A DNA stretch of 64,000 nucleotides from Candidatus Levybacteria bacterium RIFCSPLOWO2_12_FULL_41_12. Lineage in GTDB: Bacteria > Patescibacteriota > Microgenomatia > Levybacterales > UBA12049. Numbering within the stretch: position 1 is the first letter of the stretch; each line of letters starts with the position of its first letter. Of this stretch, positions 34,598 through 44,657 are shown in pieces. A program made the translations under genes and the position numbers. The notes under the pieces were generated by a model that made no database searches, had not been told where the DNA came from, and worked only from the letters and a program-made list of their open reading frames with translations. The stretch lies in assembly GCA_001784155.1 (NCBI GenBank), contig MFPL01000002.1, forward strand, positions 108,520 through 172,519. The letters are read 5' to 3'.

Positions 34598-35913
34598 TAC
34601 TTTGTGAATCCTTCGTAATTTCTCATTACTAACTGGGCTTCTATGTTTTTTATCGTTTCGAGCACAACTGATACTACAATAAGTATACCTGTTCCTCCAA
34701 GCACTAAATTCTGCACACCCGTAAAGGCACTGGCAATAACCGGTAAAACCGCTACGAGTCCCAGTGATACTGCGCCAACGGTTGTTATTCTTATAAGAAT
34801 GTAGTTTAAATGGGCTGCTGTAGGAGTACCTGGTCTAATACCCGGAATAAATCCTCCATATTTTTGGATCTCTTCTGCAATCTTTTTTGGGTTAAATACC
34901 ACAGCTGTATAAAAAAATGTAAATGCGACCACAAGCCCGAAGTATAAGAAGTTATAAAAAAATCCTTGCGGGTTAAACCAATAAGCTACCTGTCCTGCGA
35001 GACCTTGCAACGCCGGGTTCGGTGAAGCGGTAAGATAGTTTGCTATGAGAGAGGGAAGAAGAATAAGAGAAACTGCAAAGATGATTGGGATTACCCCCGC
35101 CTGATTAAGGCGCAGAGGAAGATGAGTGGATTGTCCTCCATACATCTTATTTCCTCTTACTCTTTTTGCATAGTAAACAGTAATCTGTCTTGTAGCTTCA
35201 TTAATAGTTACAAGAAACGCAATCACTAAAAGCCCCATTACCAAAAATACTATTATATTAAAAATGTTTTCGGCGTTGAGCGTAGACAGCGTCTGCCCGA
35301 AAACCACGGGAAGCCTTCCAACTATTCCAGCAAATATAAGAACCGAGATCCCATTTCCTACACCTTTTTCAGATATCAATTCCCCAAGCCAGACCAAAAG
35401 CATAGTTCCGGCAGTCATTGTAACGATAAAAGATAAAAGACTAATCGGATCTGTAAAGCCTACTATTCCCTGGCTTTTAAGAAGAGCATACATACCTACA
35501 GACTGAAGAGCTGCCAGGGGAACAGTAAGAAGTCTCGTGTATTGGTTAATCTTTTGCCTTCCCTGCTCTCCTTCCTTTGACAATGCTTCAATTTTTGGGA
35601 AAACTAAGGTTGACAGCTGTAAGATAATCGATGCATTGATGTAAGGATTTAAACCCATTGCCATTACCGAAAAGTTGGCAAGAGTACCTCCCGAAAAAAT
35701 GTCCAAGAGCCCTAAGAACTGGCTTTGAGAAAAGAGGACTCGAAGTTGTGCCAAATCAACGCCCGCCACCGGAATATGCGCAAAAACTCTGAAGATTACA
35801 AGGACTAAAGCGGTAAAAAGAATTTTTCTCCGCACATCGGGAGCCTTAAAACCACTTTTAAAAATTCTTAGAATATCATTCATTAAGTTTGACTTTACCG
35901 CCGGCCACGTCAA
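34597..35913 (-). CDS. secY: Preprotein translocase subunit SecY
   Basis: 438 aa, 10 TM helices. [14 protein letters not shown] and [14 protein letters not shown]. Confidence 0.95.
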   Translation of the reverse strand: MTWPAVKSNLMNDILRIFKSGFKAPDVRRKILFTALVLVIFRVFAHIPVAGVDLAQLRVLFSQSQFLGLLDIFSGGTLANFSVMAMGLNPYINASIILQLSTLVFPKIEALSKEGEQGRQKINQYTRLLTVPLAALQSVGMYALLKSQGIVGFTDPISLLSFIVTMTAGTMLLVWLGELISEKGVGNGISVLIFAGIVGRLPVVFGQTLSTLNAENIFNIIVFLVMGLLVIAFLVTINEATRQITVYYAKRVRGNKMYGGQSTHLPLRLNQAGVIPIIFAVSLILLPSLIANYLTASPNPALQGLAGQVAYWFNPQGFFYNFLYFGLVVAFTFFYTAVVFNPKKIAEEIQKYGGFIPGIRPGTPTAAHLNYILIRITTVGAVSLGLVAVLPVIASAFTGVQNLVLGGTGILIVVSVVLETIKNIEAQLVMRNYEGFTK

Positions 35914-35937
35914 ACGTGGGTCGGCTAAAATTAGACC

Positions 35938-36399
35938 CTATGTATCCTTATCTTTAGGCGCGTCGCGTTCGACGCGACCGCCGGCCTTTTCGATAAGCTG
36001 CTGCGCTTTTTTAGACACTGGCAATTTTACTATCAAAGCAACATTCAGCTTTCCATTTCCCAATATTTTAACACCATCTTTTTTTGCATCTTTGGAAACA
36101 AGTTTGTTTTTTATCAATGACTCTAGATCAACTATACTATTTTTCTTAAGATTATTTAAGGCTTCTACGTTTAGCACGTACGGTCTAACCCTGTAGGAAT
36201 TATTCCTCCCCTTACCACGCATGAACGGAAGCCTTTTGATTAAAGGAAGCGCTCCACCTTCGAAATATAGAGGCACTTTATTTCTAGACTTTTGACCTTT
36301 TGTCCCTCGTCCTGCAGTTTTTACGCGACCGGTTCCATGCCCCTGTCCGAGCCTTCTTTTCGTTCTTTTTTTAATACTTGGTAATGAGACTAGATTCAT
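35938..36399 (-). CDS. rplO: 50S ribosomal protein L15
   Basis: 153 aa. RLGQGHGTGRVKTAGRGTKGQKSR. Confidence 0.9.
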   Translation of the reverse strand: MNLVSLPSIKKRTKRRLGQGHGTGRVKTAGRGTKGQKSRNKVPLYFEGGALPLIKRLPFMRGKGRNNSYRVRPYVLNVEALNNLKKNSIVDLESLIKNKLVSKDAKKDGVKILGNGKLNVALIVKLPVSKKAQQLIEKAGGRVERDAPKDKDT

Positions 36400-36902
36400 G
36401 CGCTCTCCCTTCTTGTATCTCTCTGCCTGCTATATCTTATTGAAATTTGTCTTAGTGCTTCAATAGTCGCGTAAACATTACTTGCCTGATTCTTCGTTCC
36501 CAAAACTTTAGAAGAAATGTTTTGAATTCCGGACGCAGATACTACGCTTCTTACTGCCCCTCCCGCGATAACACCAGATCCCGGAGGCGCAGGTTTTAAT
36601 AGTATTTTTGCGGCTCCAAGCTTTATGTAATATTCGAAAGGAATACTTCCTCTTACGATTGGGACCTCTACCAAATGCTTCTTACCCAGAAGTGCACCCT
36701 TTCTTATCGCCGAGGATACATCAGGCGCCTTTCCAAGACCCACTCCCACTTTTCCCTTCTTATTTCCGACCACCATAAGGACTGAGAATCCGATTTTATT
36801 TCCTCCTTTTGTTTTTTTAGAAACCCTGTTTACCTGAACTATATTTTCTTCAAATTCACCCTGTTGCCCCTGTCCTCTTTGATAATTATTTTTGTATGCC
36901 AT
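36396..36902 (-). CDS. rpsE: 30S ribosomal protein S5
   Basis: 168 aa. VNRVSKKTKGGNKIGFSVLMVVGNKKGKVGVGLGKA. Confidence 0.95.
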   Translation of the reverse strand: MAYKNNYQRGQGQQGEFEENIVQVNRVSKKTKGGNKIGFSVLMVVGNKKGKVGVGLGKAPDVSSAIRKGALLGKKHLVEVPIVRGSIPFEYYIKLGAAKILLKPAPPGSGVIAGGAVRSVVSASGIQNISSKVLGTKNQASNVYATIEALRQISIRYSRQRDTRRESA

Positions 36903-37243
36903 TAAAACTTAAGCCCTCCTTCTCTAAGACCTTCTGCTATTGCTTTTACTCTACCGTGATATGAATAAGAACCTCTATCGAAAACTATCTTTTTTATTTT
37001 TTTGTCCTTTGCTTTTTCAGAAATGTATTTTCCCAAGGCTTTTGCCCTTTCAGTTTTATTTGTTTTTCCTACAGTTTTAACTTTTATCTCAGATACCCCA
37101 AGAATCGTTTTCCCGGCTGAATCATCGATAAGTTGCGCAAAAACATGCTTATTTGACCTAAAGACTGAAAGCCTTGGTCGCGCTTGGGTTCCAAAAAGCT
37201 TTGCTCTAGTTCTTCTTTGTCTACTTAATTTTTTGTCTTTCAT
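36902..37243 (-). CDS. rplR: 50S ribosomal protein L18
   Basis: 113 aa. RPRLSVFRSNKHVFAQLIDD. Confidence 0.9.
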   Translation of the reverse strand: MKDKKLSRQRRTRAKLFGTQARPRLSVFRSNKHVFAQLIDDSAGKTILGVSEIKVKTVGKTNKTERAKALGKYISEKAKDKKIKKIVFDRGSYSYHGRVKAIAEGLREGGLKF

Positions 37244-37794
37244 TACTTTGTCGCTCCTACTGCTTTTGCAGCTTTACCAACCTTTCTCCTTATTCTTTCC
37301 CCCTGATATTTAATCCCTTTTCCCTTGTAGGGCTCGGGAGGCCTTATCATTCTTATCTTTGCTGAAATGTCTCCTACTAAAGTTTTATCCATTCCTGAAA
37401 CTGTAATAACATTTTCTTCAACTCCAAACGTGATACTTTGGTCTGCGTTAATTATTACCGGATGAGAAAGCCCTACAGCTAAAGTAAGGGTACTTCCTGA
37501 CGCTTGAGCTCTATACCCAACGCCTGACAATTCAAGTTTTTTTTCAAATCCTTTCGATACTCCGGTTATCATATTAGCTACCGTTGCTCGTAAAAGTCCT
37601 GCCAACTCTTTTGCTGTATCGCTATCGTCTTTTTGCTTAACCCGAACCTCTTTCTCCTCTATAACTAACCCAACACCTGCCGGCACTTTAAAGGTCAGCG
37701 AGCCCTTAGGACCCGTAACGTTAACCTCTCCGTTTATGAAAGATACTGATGTTCCCTCAACTATTTGAACCGGTTTTTTAGCAATTTTTGACAT
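37243..37794 (-). CDS. rplF: 50S ribosomal protein L6
   Basis: 183 aa with two alpha/beta repeats. KPEPYKGKGIKYQGE. Confidence 0.9.
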   Translation of the reverse strand: MSKIAKKPVQIVEGTSVSFINGEVNVTGPKGSLTFKVPAGVGLVIEEKEVRVKQKDDSDTAKELAGLLRATVANMITGVSKGFEKKLELSGVGYRAQASGSTLTLAVGLSHPVIINADQSITFGVEENVITVSGMDKTLVGDISAKIRMIRPPEPYKGKGIKYQGERIRRKVGKAAKAVGATK

Positions 37795-37821
37795 ATGGTT
37801 ATTTATAGTGAGCTTATCGAA

Positions 37822-38214
37822 CTACCAGATTTCGAACAGAACCTCTCCCCCTACCCCCTTCTTTCTTGCTTGAATACTTGTCATTACTCCCTGGCTTGTT
37901 GAAACCAAGATTGTATGCCTTCCCCGCCTCTCCATATCCGCCAGAGATTTTGCTGTTTTATAAATTCTAAGCGAAGGCTTTGACACAACTTGCACCTTTG
38001 AAAAAACAGGGCTTCTTTTCTCATACCTAATTGTTACTTTAAGCGACCTCTTGTTTTTGTCCTTCTCTTCTTTAATATCCTCAAGAAATCCTTCCTTTAC
38101 CAACACTTTTCCTATACTCCTGTTTATATTTGAGAAGGGGAGTTCTATTTCCTTTCTCTTTGCAAGGCCCGCATTTTTTATCCTAATAATAAAATCTGAA
38201 ACAAGATGATTCAT
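37822..38214 (-). CDS. rpsH: 30S ribosomal protein S8
   Basis: 130 aa. DFIIRIKNAGLAKRKEIELP. Confidence 0.9.
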   Translation of the reverse strand: MNHLVSDFIIRIKNAGLAKRKEIELPFSNINRSIGKVLVKEGFLEDIKEEKDKNKRSLKVTIRYEKRSPVFSKVQVVSKPSLRIYKTAKSLADMERRGRHTILVSTSQGVMTSIQARKKGVGGEVLFEIW

Positions 38215-38215
38215 A

Positions 38216-38401
38216 TTACCAACTCGCCTTCGTTACGCCAGGCAATTCCCCCTTCATCGCAAGTTCTCTAAAGCAGATTCTGCAAAGACCAAATTTTCTT
38301 ATAAAGCTTTTTGACCTTCCACAGATGTTACATCTACTCTTTGATCTGGTCGAATATTTCTGTTTCTGTTGAGATCTAACTACATTTGATTTTTTTGCCA
38401 T
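38216..38401 (-). CDS. rpsZ: 30S ribosomal protein S14 type Z (zinc-binding)
   Basis: 61 aa. [25 protein letters not shown]. Confidence 0.9.
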   Translation of the reverse strand: MAKKSNVVRSQQKQKYSTRSKSRCNICGRSKSFIRKFGLCRICFRELAMKGELPGVTKASW

Positions 38402-38402
38402 A

Positions 38403-38945
38403 TTATCCTTTTCTAAAAGGCATGCCCAGTGCTTTCAATAGGGCATATCCTTCTTTTTCCGATCGAGCAGTCGTCACCACAGTCAATTCAAGTCCCTGTA
38501 TTTTATCAATTTTACCCGCTTCTATTTCAGGGAAAACTGTATCTTCAGGAAAACCCAATGTATAGTTACCGTTTTTATCAAAACTTTTCTCGGAAACCCC
38601 TCGAAAATCTCTGATCCTGGGAAGCACTATGCTCACAAGTTTTTCAAAAAAACTATACATTCTGTCTCCTCGTAGGGTTACGGTAAGCCCAATCGGCTCT
38701 CCTTCACGCAATTTAAATGAAGCTATAGACTTCTTTGCTTTAGTCACTTTTGGCTTTTGTCCCGTAATAAGACCCAAGACTTCAGAACCCCTCTCAAGGT
38801 TTTTCTTATCGGCTATTGCGTCCTTTACACCCATATTTACAACAATCTTAGAGAGTCTTGGAACAGCCATGGAGTTCTTAACACCGAGCCCTTCCTTAAG
38901 TTGTCCTCCGATTTCTTTAATGTATTTCTCTCTTAATCTATTCAT
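38403..38945 (-). CDS. rplE: 50S ribosomal protein L5
   Basis: 180 aa. [18 protein letters not shown]...KIVVNMGV. Confidence 0.9.
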   Translation of the reverse strand: MNRLREKYIKEIGGQLKEGLGVKNSMAVPRLSKIVVNMGVKDAIADKKNLERGSEVLGLITGQKPKVTKAKKSIASFKLREGEPIGLTVTLRGDRMYSFFEKLVSIVLPRIRDFRGVSEKSFDKNGNYTLGFPEDTVFPEIEAGKIDKIQGLELTVVTTARSEKEGYALLKALGMPFRKG

Positions 38946-38947
38946 AG

Positions 38948-39253
38948 CTATATTATCTTTTTACACTTAAGACAAATTCTTTTTTTCTCGTCTTTATCGA
39001 TTCTGTATCCGACCCTCGTCATCTTTTTGCAATTAGGGCAGATTATTGCAACGTTTGCAAGCGCAATAGGCTTGGTAAGTGTTATTATTTCTGACTTTTG
39101 TCGCTGCGATTTTGCCTTCATATGTCTTTTATAAAGATTTAGCCCTGGTAACAAAACAGCATTGCTCTTACGTAATACTTTTTCAACATTACCTCTTTTA
39201 CCTTTATCTTTTCCTCTTATAACCTGCACCTCGTCCCCTTTAATTAATTTCAT
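38948..39253 (-). CDS. rplX: 50S ribosomal protein L24 with C-terminal CxxC...CxxC zinc-ribbon extension
   Basis: 101 aa. KGDEVQVIRGKDKGKRGNV KOW motif plus ICPNCKKMTRVGYRIDKDEKKRICLKCKKII. Confidence 0.85.
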   Translation of the reverse strand: MKLIKGDEVQVIRGKDKGKRGNVEKVLRKSNAVLLPGLNLYKRHMKAKSQRQKSEIITLTKPIALANVAIICPNCKKMTRVGYRIDKDEKKRICLKCKKII

Positions 39254-39255
39254 GC

Positions 39256-39630
39256 TTATAATACCTCTATAGCCATACTGGCAATTTTTGCAAAACCGCG
39301 GTCTTTTACCTCTCTTGCGATAGGGCCGAATATCCTAGTCCCTCTAGGATTTTTATCCTTAATTGTGTCTATAATTACTGCTGCATTATCAGAAAACCTT
39401 ATATAAGATCCGTCGCTTCTTCCATACTCTTTTCTGGTTCTGACGAGAACTACTTTAACCATTTCGCTTTGTTTTACCAGTCCCGTGGCGGATGCCTCTT
39501 TAACAACACAGTTCAGAACATCTCCAAGATATCCGAATTTTCTCTTTGATCCGCTATAGATATGAATCACCATAAGTTTTTTTGCCCCTGAATTATCCGC
39601 TGACTTTAAAATACTCCTATGCTGAACCAT
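39256..39630 (-). CDS. rplN: 50S ribosomal protein L14
   Basis: 124 aa. Canonical [17 protein letters not shown]. Confidence 0.95.
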   Translation of the reverse strand: MVQHRSILKSADNSGAKKLMVIHIYSGSKRKFGYLGDVLNCVVKEASATGLVKQSEMVKVVLVRTRKEYGRSDGSYIRFSDNAAVIIDTIKDKNPRGTRIFGPIAREVKDRGFAKIASMAIEVL

Positions 39631-39872
39631 TACTTACTCTCCTTCTTTTTATTATCCAGAACTTTGAAATGCTTATCTTTAGAAATTGGTTTTGTTTCGA
39701 CAATTTTTACAATTTGACCCAAGGAAAGATCAAGCCCCGAAGTATCAACCTTATATTTTTTACTTTTCTTCATAAGTTTTTTGTAAAGCGGATGCGGAGT
39801 TCTCCACGCTACCTCAACCACAGCAGTATTTTGCATTTTTAATGAAACTATAACTCCTTCTAGGGTTTTCAT
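39630..39872 (-). CDS. rpsQ: 30S ribosomal protein S17
   Basis: 80 aa. [16 protein letters not shown]. Confidence 0.9.
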   Translation of the reverse strand: MKTLEGVIVSLKMQNTAVVEVAWRTPHPLYKKLMKKSKKYKVDTSGLDLSLGQIVKIVETKPISKDKHFKVLDNKKKESK

Positions 39873-39874
39873 AA

Positions 39875-40090
39875 TTATTCCTGGCCTTTCACAGACGCTT
39901 CTTTTTCCTGAATAAACGTAAGCATCCTCGCAACATCTTTTCTTAAATTAAAGATTTCTCTTGTGTTTTTAAGCTTGTTCTGAGACTTCTCTATTCTCAG
40001 ATCAAAAATCTTATTATTATTTTCCTTTATAAGATCACTAAGTTCTTTTACGCTTTTAGTCCTTAGGTCTTTTTTTATTCTTATTTTCAT
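39875..40090 (-). CDS. rpmC: 50S ribosomal protein L29
   Basis: 71 aa helical protein in the conserved L16-L29-S17 position. Confidence 0.8.
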   Translation of the reverse strand: MKIRIKKDLRTKSVKELSDLIKENNNKIFDLRIEKSQNKLKNTREIFNLRKDVARMLTFIQEKEASVKGQE

Positions 40091-40500
40091 AGATGCCCTT
40101 TCTCAACGACTCTTGTTTTTATTCCAAGCTTGTGAGAGGCAAGTCTAAGCGCTTCCATAGCTACTTCCCTTGTTACTCCTCCCATTTCGAAAAGCATTCT
40201 TCCGCGTCTAACTGGCGCTACAAATTCCGACACATCTCCCTTTCCTCCGCCCATTCTAACTTCAGCCGGTTTTTTACTGATCGGCTTATCAGGGAATATT
40301 CGAATCCATATTCTTCCCCCACGCTGTGTATAGTGGGTGATCGATCTTCTTGCCGCTTCGATTTGTCGCGCTGTAATCCAACCCGTCCCCTCTGAAATTA
40401 AGCCGTATTCACCGAAGGAAACTCTAGTTCCGCGCTGCGCTATACCCTTCATGCTTCCCCTTTGCTGTTTTCTATACTTTGCTCTTCTTGGTACTAACAT
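40087..40500 (-). CDS. rplP: 50S ribosomal protein L16
   Basis: 137 aa. [15 protein letters not shown]...ARQIEAARR. Confidence 0.95.
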   Translation of the reverse strand: MLVPRRAKYRKQQRGSMKGIAQRGTRVSFGEYGLISEGTGWITARQIEAARRSITHYTQRGGRIWIRIFPDKPISKKPAEVRMGGGKGDVSEFVAPVRRGRMLFEMGGVTREVAMEALRLASHKLGIKTRVVEKGHL

Positions 40501-40519
40501 ACCTCTCCTTCCAGTCGAG

Positions 40520-40551
40520 AATTTACAATTTCAAATTTCCAATTTCCAATT
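40520..40551 (-). promoter_or_regulatory. Heptad array (TTGGAAA TTGGAAA TTTGAAA TTGTAAA) inside the 133-nt rpsC-rplP intergenic gap, about 17 nt before the rplP SD
   Basis: Minus strand reads GCTCAATTGGAAATTGGAAATTTGAAATTGTAAATTCTCGACTGGAAGGAGAGGTATG. A 133-nt gap is unusual between S3 and L16. Confidence 0.45.
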
Positions 40552-40633
40552 GAGCGCGGGGAGCTTAGAAAATTTTCGTGAGCGACCTCAGCGCTTAAGA
40601 TATTCAAGTTATATTGATTATTCACATTAATTA

Positions 40634-41269
40634 TCATTTGTTAATCCAGACTTTTACGCCGACGTATCCTTTTTTTGTAAGAGAAGGGACGGATGCAAAG
40701 CTTATGTTTTCCCTAATCGTTGATAAAGGCACTGTTCCTTGCTGAAGCTTCTCTCGTCTCCCAATTTCCGCGCCTCCTATTCTTCCTGCAATTATTATCC
40801 TTATTCCCTTTGCACCGGATAGCATAGCCCGCTCTACTGCCTGACCCATTACTCTTTTATGTGGCAAGCGTCTTGCCAGCTGGTCAGAAACGTTTTTCGC
40901 GACCAAGTATGCATCCAGATTGGGTTCCTTTATTGGCTCTATTTTGATATCCAGCTGTGTTTTGTTCTTTACGGCCTTATTCTTGAAAAGAATTCCCTCT
41001 AGGAATTTCTTAAGCTCCTCAAGGCCGGCTCCGCCTCGTCCTATTACCATACCGGGTCTTGATACATATGCTGTTAGCTTTATGCTGTTTATTGACCTTT
41101 CAATTTCTACCTGAGAAACTCCTGCCCCCTTAAGCCTTTCCATGATGGCTTTTCGAAGCTTATAATCCTCAAGAAGTATTTGGCTGTATCTCTTATCATC
41201 AAACCATCTACTATCCCAGTTATAAATTGTCCCGAGTCTGAAAACTTTTGGATTAACTTTTTGTCCCAT
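40634..41269 (-). CDS. rpsC: 30S ribosomal protein S3
   Basis: 211 aa. MGQKVNPKVFRLG with a KH domain. Confidence 0.95.
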   Translation of the reverse strand: MGQKVNPKVFRLGTIYNWDSRWFDDKRYSQILLEDYKLRKAIMERLKGAGVSQVEIERSINSIKLTAYVSRPGMVIGRGGAGLEELKKFLEGILFKNKAVKNKTQLDIKIEPIKEPNLDAYLVAKNVSDQLARRLPHKRVMGQAVERAMLSGAKGIRIIIAGRIGGAEIGRREKLQQGTVPLSTIRENISFASVPSLTKKGYVGVKVWINK

Positions 41270-41606
41270 TATTTTCCTTTCCCTCTAAAACTATTCTTAT
41301 ATTGCTTGATCTTCTCTTATAAGGATGCACTCGACCCCTTGTTGATGGATGAAATCTTTTTAAGAATGGGCCGTCGGATACGATTATTGATTTTATCTTA
41401 AGGCTATCCTTATCAATCTTAGTATTGTTAACAGCATTTGCTATTGCGCTTTTTAAGGTTTTCTCGAGTACATACCCACCTCTTTTTTTAAGAACAATAA
41501 GCGTCTCAAGCGCGTCTTCAACAGATAGAGACCTTATCGCGTCAGCGACAAGTCTTACTTTTCTTGGACTTATTCTTATCTGATTTGCTTCTGCTTTCAC
41601 TTCCAT
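41253..41606 (-). CDS. rplV: 50S ribosomal protein L22
   Basis: 117 aa. Typical L22 fold and start (MEVKAEANQIRISPRKVR). Confidence 0.9.
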   Translation of the reverse strand: MEVKAEANQIRISPRKVRLVADAIRSLSVEDALETLIVLKKRGGYVLEKTLKSAIANAVNNTKIDKDSLKIKSIIVSDGPFLKRFHPSTRGRVHPYKRRSSNIRIVLEGKENNGTKS

Positions 41607-41610
41607 ATTT

Positions 41611-41895
41611 TTAAGTCTTACTTATTTCTCGGGCTACAACTCTTCCGTGACTTCTAAATGTTCTTGTAGGAGAAAATTCTCCCAGTCTATGTCCTACCAT
41701 TCCTTCCATTACCAAAACGTTTATAAAGTTTCGTCCGTTATGTACTGCAAATGTATGGCCCACAAAATCAGGTGGAATCTGAGAAGCTCTTGCCCATGTC
41801 TTAATAGGGCCTTTATCTCCTGTCTGCTTCTGAGTCATTACTTTTTTAAGTAATTTTTGATCGATGTATGGACCTTTTTTTGACGATCGAGACAT
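41611..41895 (-). CDS. rpsS: 30S ribosomal protein S19
   Basis: 94 aa. [11 protein letters not shown]...[10 protein letters not shown]. Confidence 0.95.
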   Translation of the reverse strand: MSRSSKKGPYIDQKLLKKVMTQKQTGDKGPIKTWARASQIPPDFVGHTFAVHNGRNFINVLVMEGMVGHRLGEFSPTRTFRSHGRVVAREISKT

Positions 41896-42636
41896 TTACT
41901 TCGTCCTCCTTTTAAGAATAAATTTATCAGAATATTTCTTTGACTTTCTGGTGTTTCCTACAGCAATTCTGCCTGCATAAGTCTTGGGCGAAGTCATGCC
42001 TATACCCGATCTTCCTTCTCCTCCTCCATGAGGATGGGACCGGGGGTTTTGGGCGACTCCTCGGACGGTTGGCCTTATTCCCATTCTTATTTTTCTTCCT
42101 GCAGTCGCGAAAAATTCATTTTTCCAATTGATATTAGAAAGGTTTCCTACTGTTGCCATGCATTCACCTCTTACTTTTCTTATCTCCCCCGATGGAAGCT
42201 TTAAGTGAACATAAGGATCCTCTTTAGCCTGAACTATTGCGTATGTGCCCGCGCCTCTCGCCAATTGTCCGCCCTTGCCTGGAAAAATCTCAACGTTATG
42301 AACAAACGTTCCAATTGGTAGATTTCTTAAAAGAGTTGAATTTCCGATTCCTATTTCCGCGTCTTCAGACGAAATGATCTTATCGCTAACCTTAATTCCT
42401 TCCGGAGCGAGAATGTATCTCTTCTCGCCGTCTGCATATTGGATAAGCGCGATATCCGAGGTTCTATTGGGATCATATTCTACTGCTACCACTTTACCCC
42501 AGATGTTTCTTTTGTCTCTTTTAAAATCGACGTTTCTCGTAAATCTTTTATGCTGCCCGCCCTGATGCCTGACGCTCACACGTCCGGTCGCGTCTCTTCC
42601 TGATCTTTTCTTCTTAATAAATCTAAGTTCACGCAT
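41896..42636 (-). CDS. rplB: 50S ribosomal protein L2
   Basis: 246 aa. GRNxxGxITxRHxGGGHKR-like core and C-terminal GGGEGR. Confidence 0.95.
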   Translation of the reverse strand: MRELRFIKKKRSGRDATGRVSVRHQGGQHKRFTRNVDFKRDKRNIWGKVVAVEYDPNRTSDIALIQYADGEKRYILAPEGIKVSDKIISSEDAEIGIGNSTLLRNLPIGTFVHNVEIFPGKGGQLARGAGTYAIVQAKEDPYVHLKLPSGEIRKVRGECMATVGNLSNINWKNEFFATAGRKIRMGIRPTVRGVAQNPRSHPHGGGEGRSGIGMTSPKTYAGRIAVGNTRKSKKYSDKFILKRRTK

Positions 42637-42638
42637 AT

Positions 42639-42923
42639 TTAGGCTTTCTCGAAGAGATCAATCTTCTCACCTTTCTTAAGAGTTACTATTGCCTTTTTCC
42701 AAGACGTAAGCTCTCTTTCCACTCTTCTGCTACCTGTTTTCATGGTTCTTCCTTTTACAAGGCTTGTCGATATCCCGGTAACGGAAACCTTGAATTTCTT
42801 TTCTATTGCATTCCTAACTTCTTTTTTATCAACGTGTCTTGCGACTTTAAATGTAAATTTTCCGCTCTTCACGTCTCTCATTGACTTCTCGGTAATAACC
42901 GGTGTTAAAGATGTGTTATCCAT
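42639..42923 (-). CDS. rplW: 50S ribosomal protein L23
   Basis: 94 aa in the conserved position between L4 and L2. Confidence 0.85.
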   Translation of the reverse strand: MDNTSLTPVITEKSMRDVKSGKFTFKVARHVDKKEVRNAIEKKFKVSVTGISTSLVKGRTMKTGSRRVERELTSWKKAIVTLKKGEKIDLFEKA

Positions 42924-43671
42924 TAGCCTTCTCCTTTTTGAAGCAATCTACCAAAGGGTCGATTGACTCCTTCATAAAGAAAATTTCTCTGGTATCTAGA
43001 ACTGAATATGCGTTTAGCATATTTGCCGAGAGTATGCTTACTCCCTCAATATTTCTTCCTGCCCTCACTACATTTTTAGCATCCGCTCCCGGAGTTACGA
43101 GAAGAAGCTTTCTCTTTTTCCCTCCGTCACCTAAAACCTTAAGGCTTTGGGCTAAGACGCGGGTCTTTGGCTCAATTTTTTCAAATCCCGTTATTATTTT
43201 TATCTCTCCGTCTCTTAGTTTTGCCGATAAGGCCGAGGAAAGAGCAGCTTTTTTCATATTCTTAGGAAATTTCATTGAGTAGTCTCTGGGTTTTGGCCCA
43301 AAAACCAGTCCTCCCTTTACGAAGATAGGCGCTCTTATACTTCCGTGTCTTGCTCTTCCTGTTCCTTTTTGTCTATAAATTTTCCTTGACGAACCCTTAA
43401 CTTCTCCTCGTGTTTTTGTCGAAACAGTCCCTTGCCTTTGATTTGCAAGATATACTCTTACAGCTTGAGCCATAAGTTTGTCATTCACTTTTACACCGAA
43501 AATCTCCTTAGGAAGATTTATTTTCCCAACGGACTTTCCTTTTAAATCGTAAACGCTTAATTTAAGCCCTGTTTCGCGAGGCAACTCCTTTTTGACAGCA
43601 GCGGACTTTCGTACGCTCTTTGATGGGGTTTTAAGTTTTGAGCCTTTAGCTTTAAGCTTTTTAACTGGCAT
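42916..43671 (-). CDS. rplD: 50S ribosomal protein L4 (extended)
   Basis: 251 aa. QGTVSTKTRGEVKGSSRKIYRQKGTGRARHGSIRAPIFVKGG core. Confidence 0.9.
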   Translation of the reverse strand: MPVKKLKAKGSKLKTPSKSVRKSAAVKKELPRETGLKLSVYDLKGKSVGKINLPKEIFGVKVNDKLMAQAVRVYLANQRQGTVSTKTRGEVKGSSRKIYRQKGTGRARHGSIRAPIFVKGGLVFGPKPRDYSMKFPKNMKKAALSSALSAKLRDGEIKIITGFEKIEPKTRVLAQSLKVLGDGGKKRKLLLVTPGADAKNVVRAGRNIEGVSILSANMLNAYSVLDTREIFFMKESIDPLVDCFKKEKANG

Positions 43672-44476
43672 CTTTTACCTCCTCCTTTGGCTCGCCAGAG
43701 TTTTCAACGTCGGCGGCCTTTGGCTCGCTTGGAGCAGGTTCCAAACTTGCTGAGGCGGCTTTCTCTTCAGCTTTTACTTCTACTACCACTTCTTCTACCG
43801 GAACTTCTGTTGTCTCTGTATAAAGCGGGACAAACTTCTTGCTTTCTCCGGTTTTTTTAATTATTACCAGACTCCCCTTAAACCCGGGAACGAGCCCTTT
43901 TATATAGAGCTCGTCATCTTTTACATCCACGACCAAGAGATTTTTAAGAGTTACGTCGGCATTTCCCATTCTTCCGGCCATCTTCTTTCCCCTGTAGACT
44001 CTTCCCGGAGTTGTGCCTTGTCCTATGGCACCCGGAGCTCTATGTCTGTCTGATTGTCCATGGGTTTTTGGACCTCCGTGGAAACCATGTCTCTTTACTA
44101 CGCCGGCAAAACCTTTTCCCTTTGAATGACCTTGCACATCTACGATGTCTCCCGGCTTAAAAACGTCTGATGCCTTAAGCTTTGATCCCTTTTCAGGAAG
44201 TACCTCGTCTGCATCAACAACTCTTATCTCTTTTAAAAAACGGGGGGCAATTTCTTGCCCTGCTTTTTTTGCGTGTCCCAAAACTGCCCTGCTGGCCTTT
44301 TTCTTAATTCCAATACCTAGCTGGACAGCCGAGTATTTGTCTTTCTCCTCATTCTTCACAGACACCACAAAAGCACCTCCCGTATTTATTTGAGTAACGG
44401 GAACTCTTGCTCCGTTTTCTAAAAACTTCTGTGACTGTGTTCCTTTGATTCCTATAATTCCTAACATATTTGACAT
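43661..44476 (-). CDS. rplC: 50S ribosomal protein L3 with about 60-aa acidic low-complexity C-terminal extension
   Basis: 271 aa. KGKGFAGVVKRHGFHGGPKTHGQSDRHRAPGAIGQG core plus tail VEEVVVEVKAEEKAASASLEPAPSEPKAADVEN. Confidence 0.9.
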   Translation of the reverse strand: MSNMLGIIGIKGTQSQKFLENGARVPVTQINTGGAFVVSVKNEEKDKYSAVQLGIGIKKKASRAVLGHAKKAGQEIAPRFLKEIRVVDADEVLPEKGSKLKASDVFKPGDIVDVQGHSKGKGFAGVVKRHGFHGGPKTHGQSDRHRAPGAIGQGTTPGRVYRGKKMAGRMGNADVTLKNLLVVDVKDDELYIKGLVPGFKGSLVIIKKTGESKKFVPLYTETTEVPVEEVVVEVKAEEKAASASLEPAPSEPKAADVENSGEPKEEVKDAS

Positions 44477-44502
44477 ATTTGATTCTTCAGGCTACAAACT
44501 AC

Positions 44503-44528
44503 AAAAAAAGCGACCACATAGTGTCGCT
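44503..44528 (-). terminator. Terminator/attenuator-like hairpin plus U7 in the leader between a promoter and rplC
   Basis: Minus-strand RNA AGCGAC-ACUAUGUG-GUCGCU-UUUUUUU. It lies about 25 nt upstream of the rplC ATG and downstream of the TTGCAT-17-TATAAT promoter. Confidence 0.4.
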
Positions 44529-44611
44529 CTATTCAGAGTTTTAGCTTAGAACGAGAAAACTATGTAGCTACAATCACCTCCAGTGTTTGTCTAGCCATTA
44601 AGTTAAATGTA

Positions 44612-44640
44612 ATTATAGTCAAGAATGAGCCTAAATGCAA
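44612..44640 (-). promoter_or_regulatory. Sigma70-like promoter (TTGCAT, 17-nt spacer, TATAAT) immediately after the inserted gene's stop
   Basis: Minus strand CCCTTGCAT-TTAGGCTCATTCTTGAC-TATAAT-TACATTTAAC. The -35 is at 44640..44635 and the -10 at 44617..44612. Confidence 0.45.
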
Positions 44641-44657
44641 GGGAGAAGGGAGAGTGG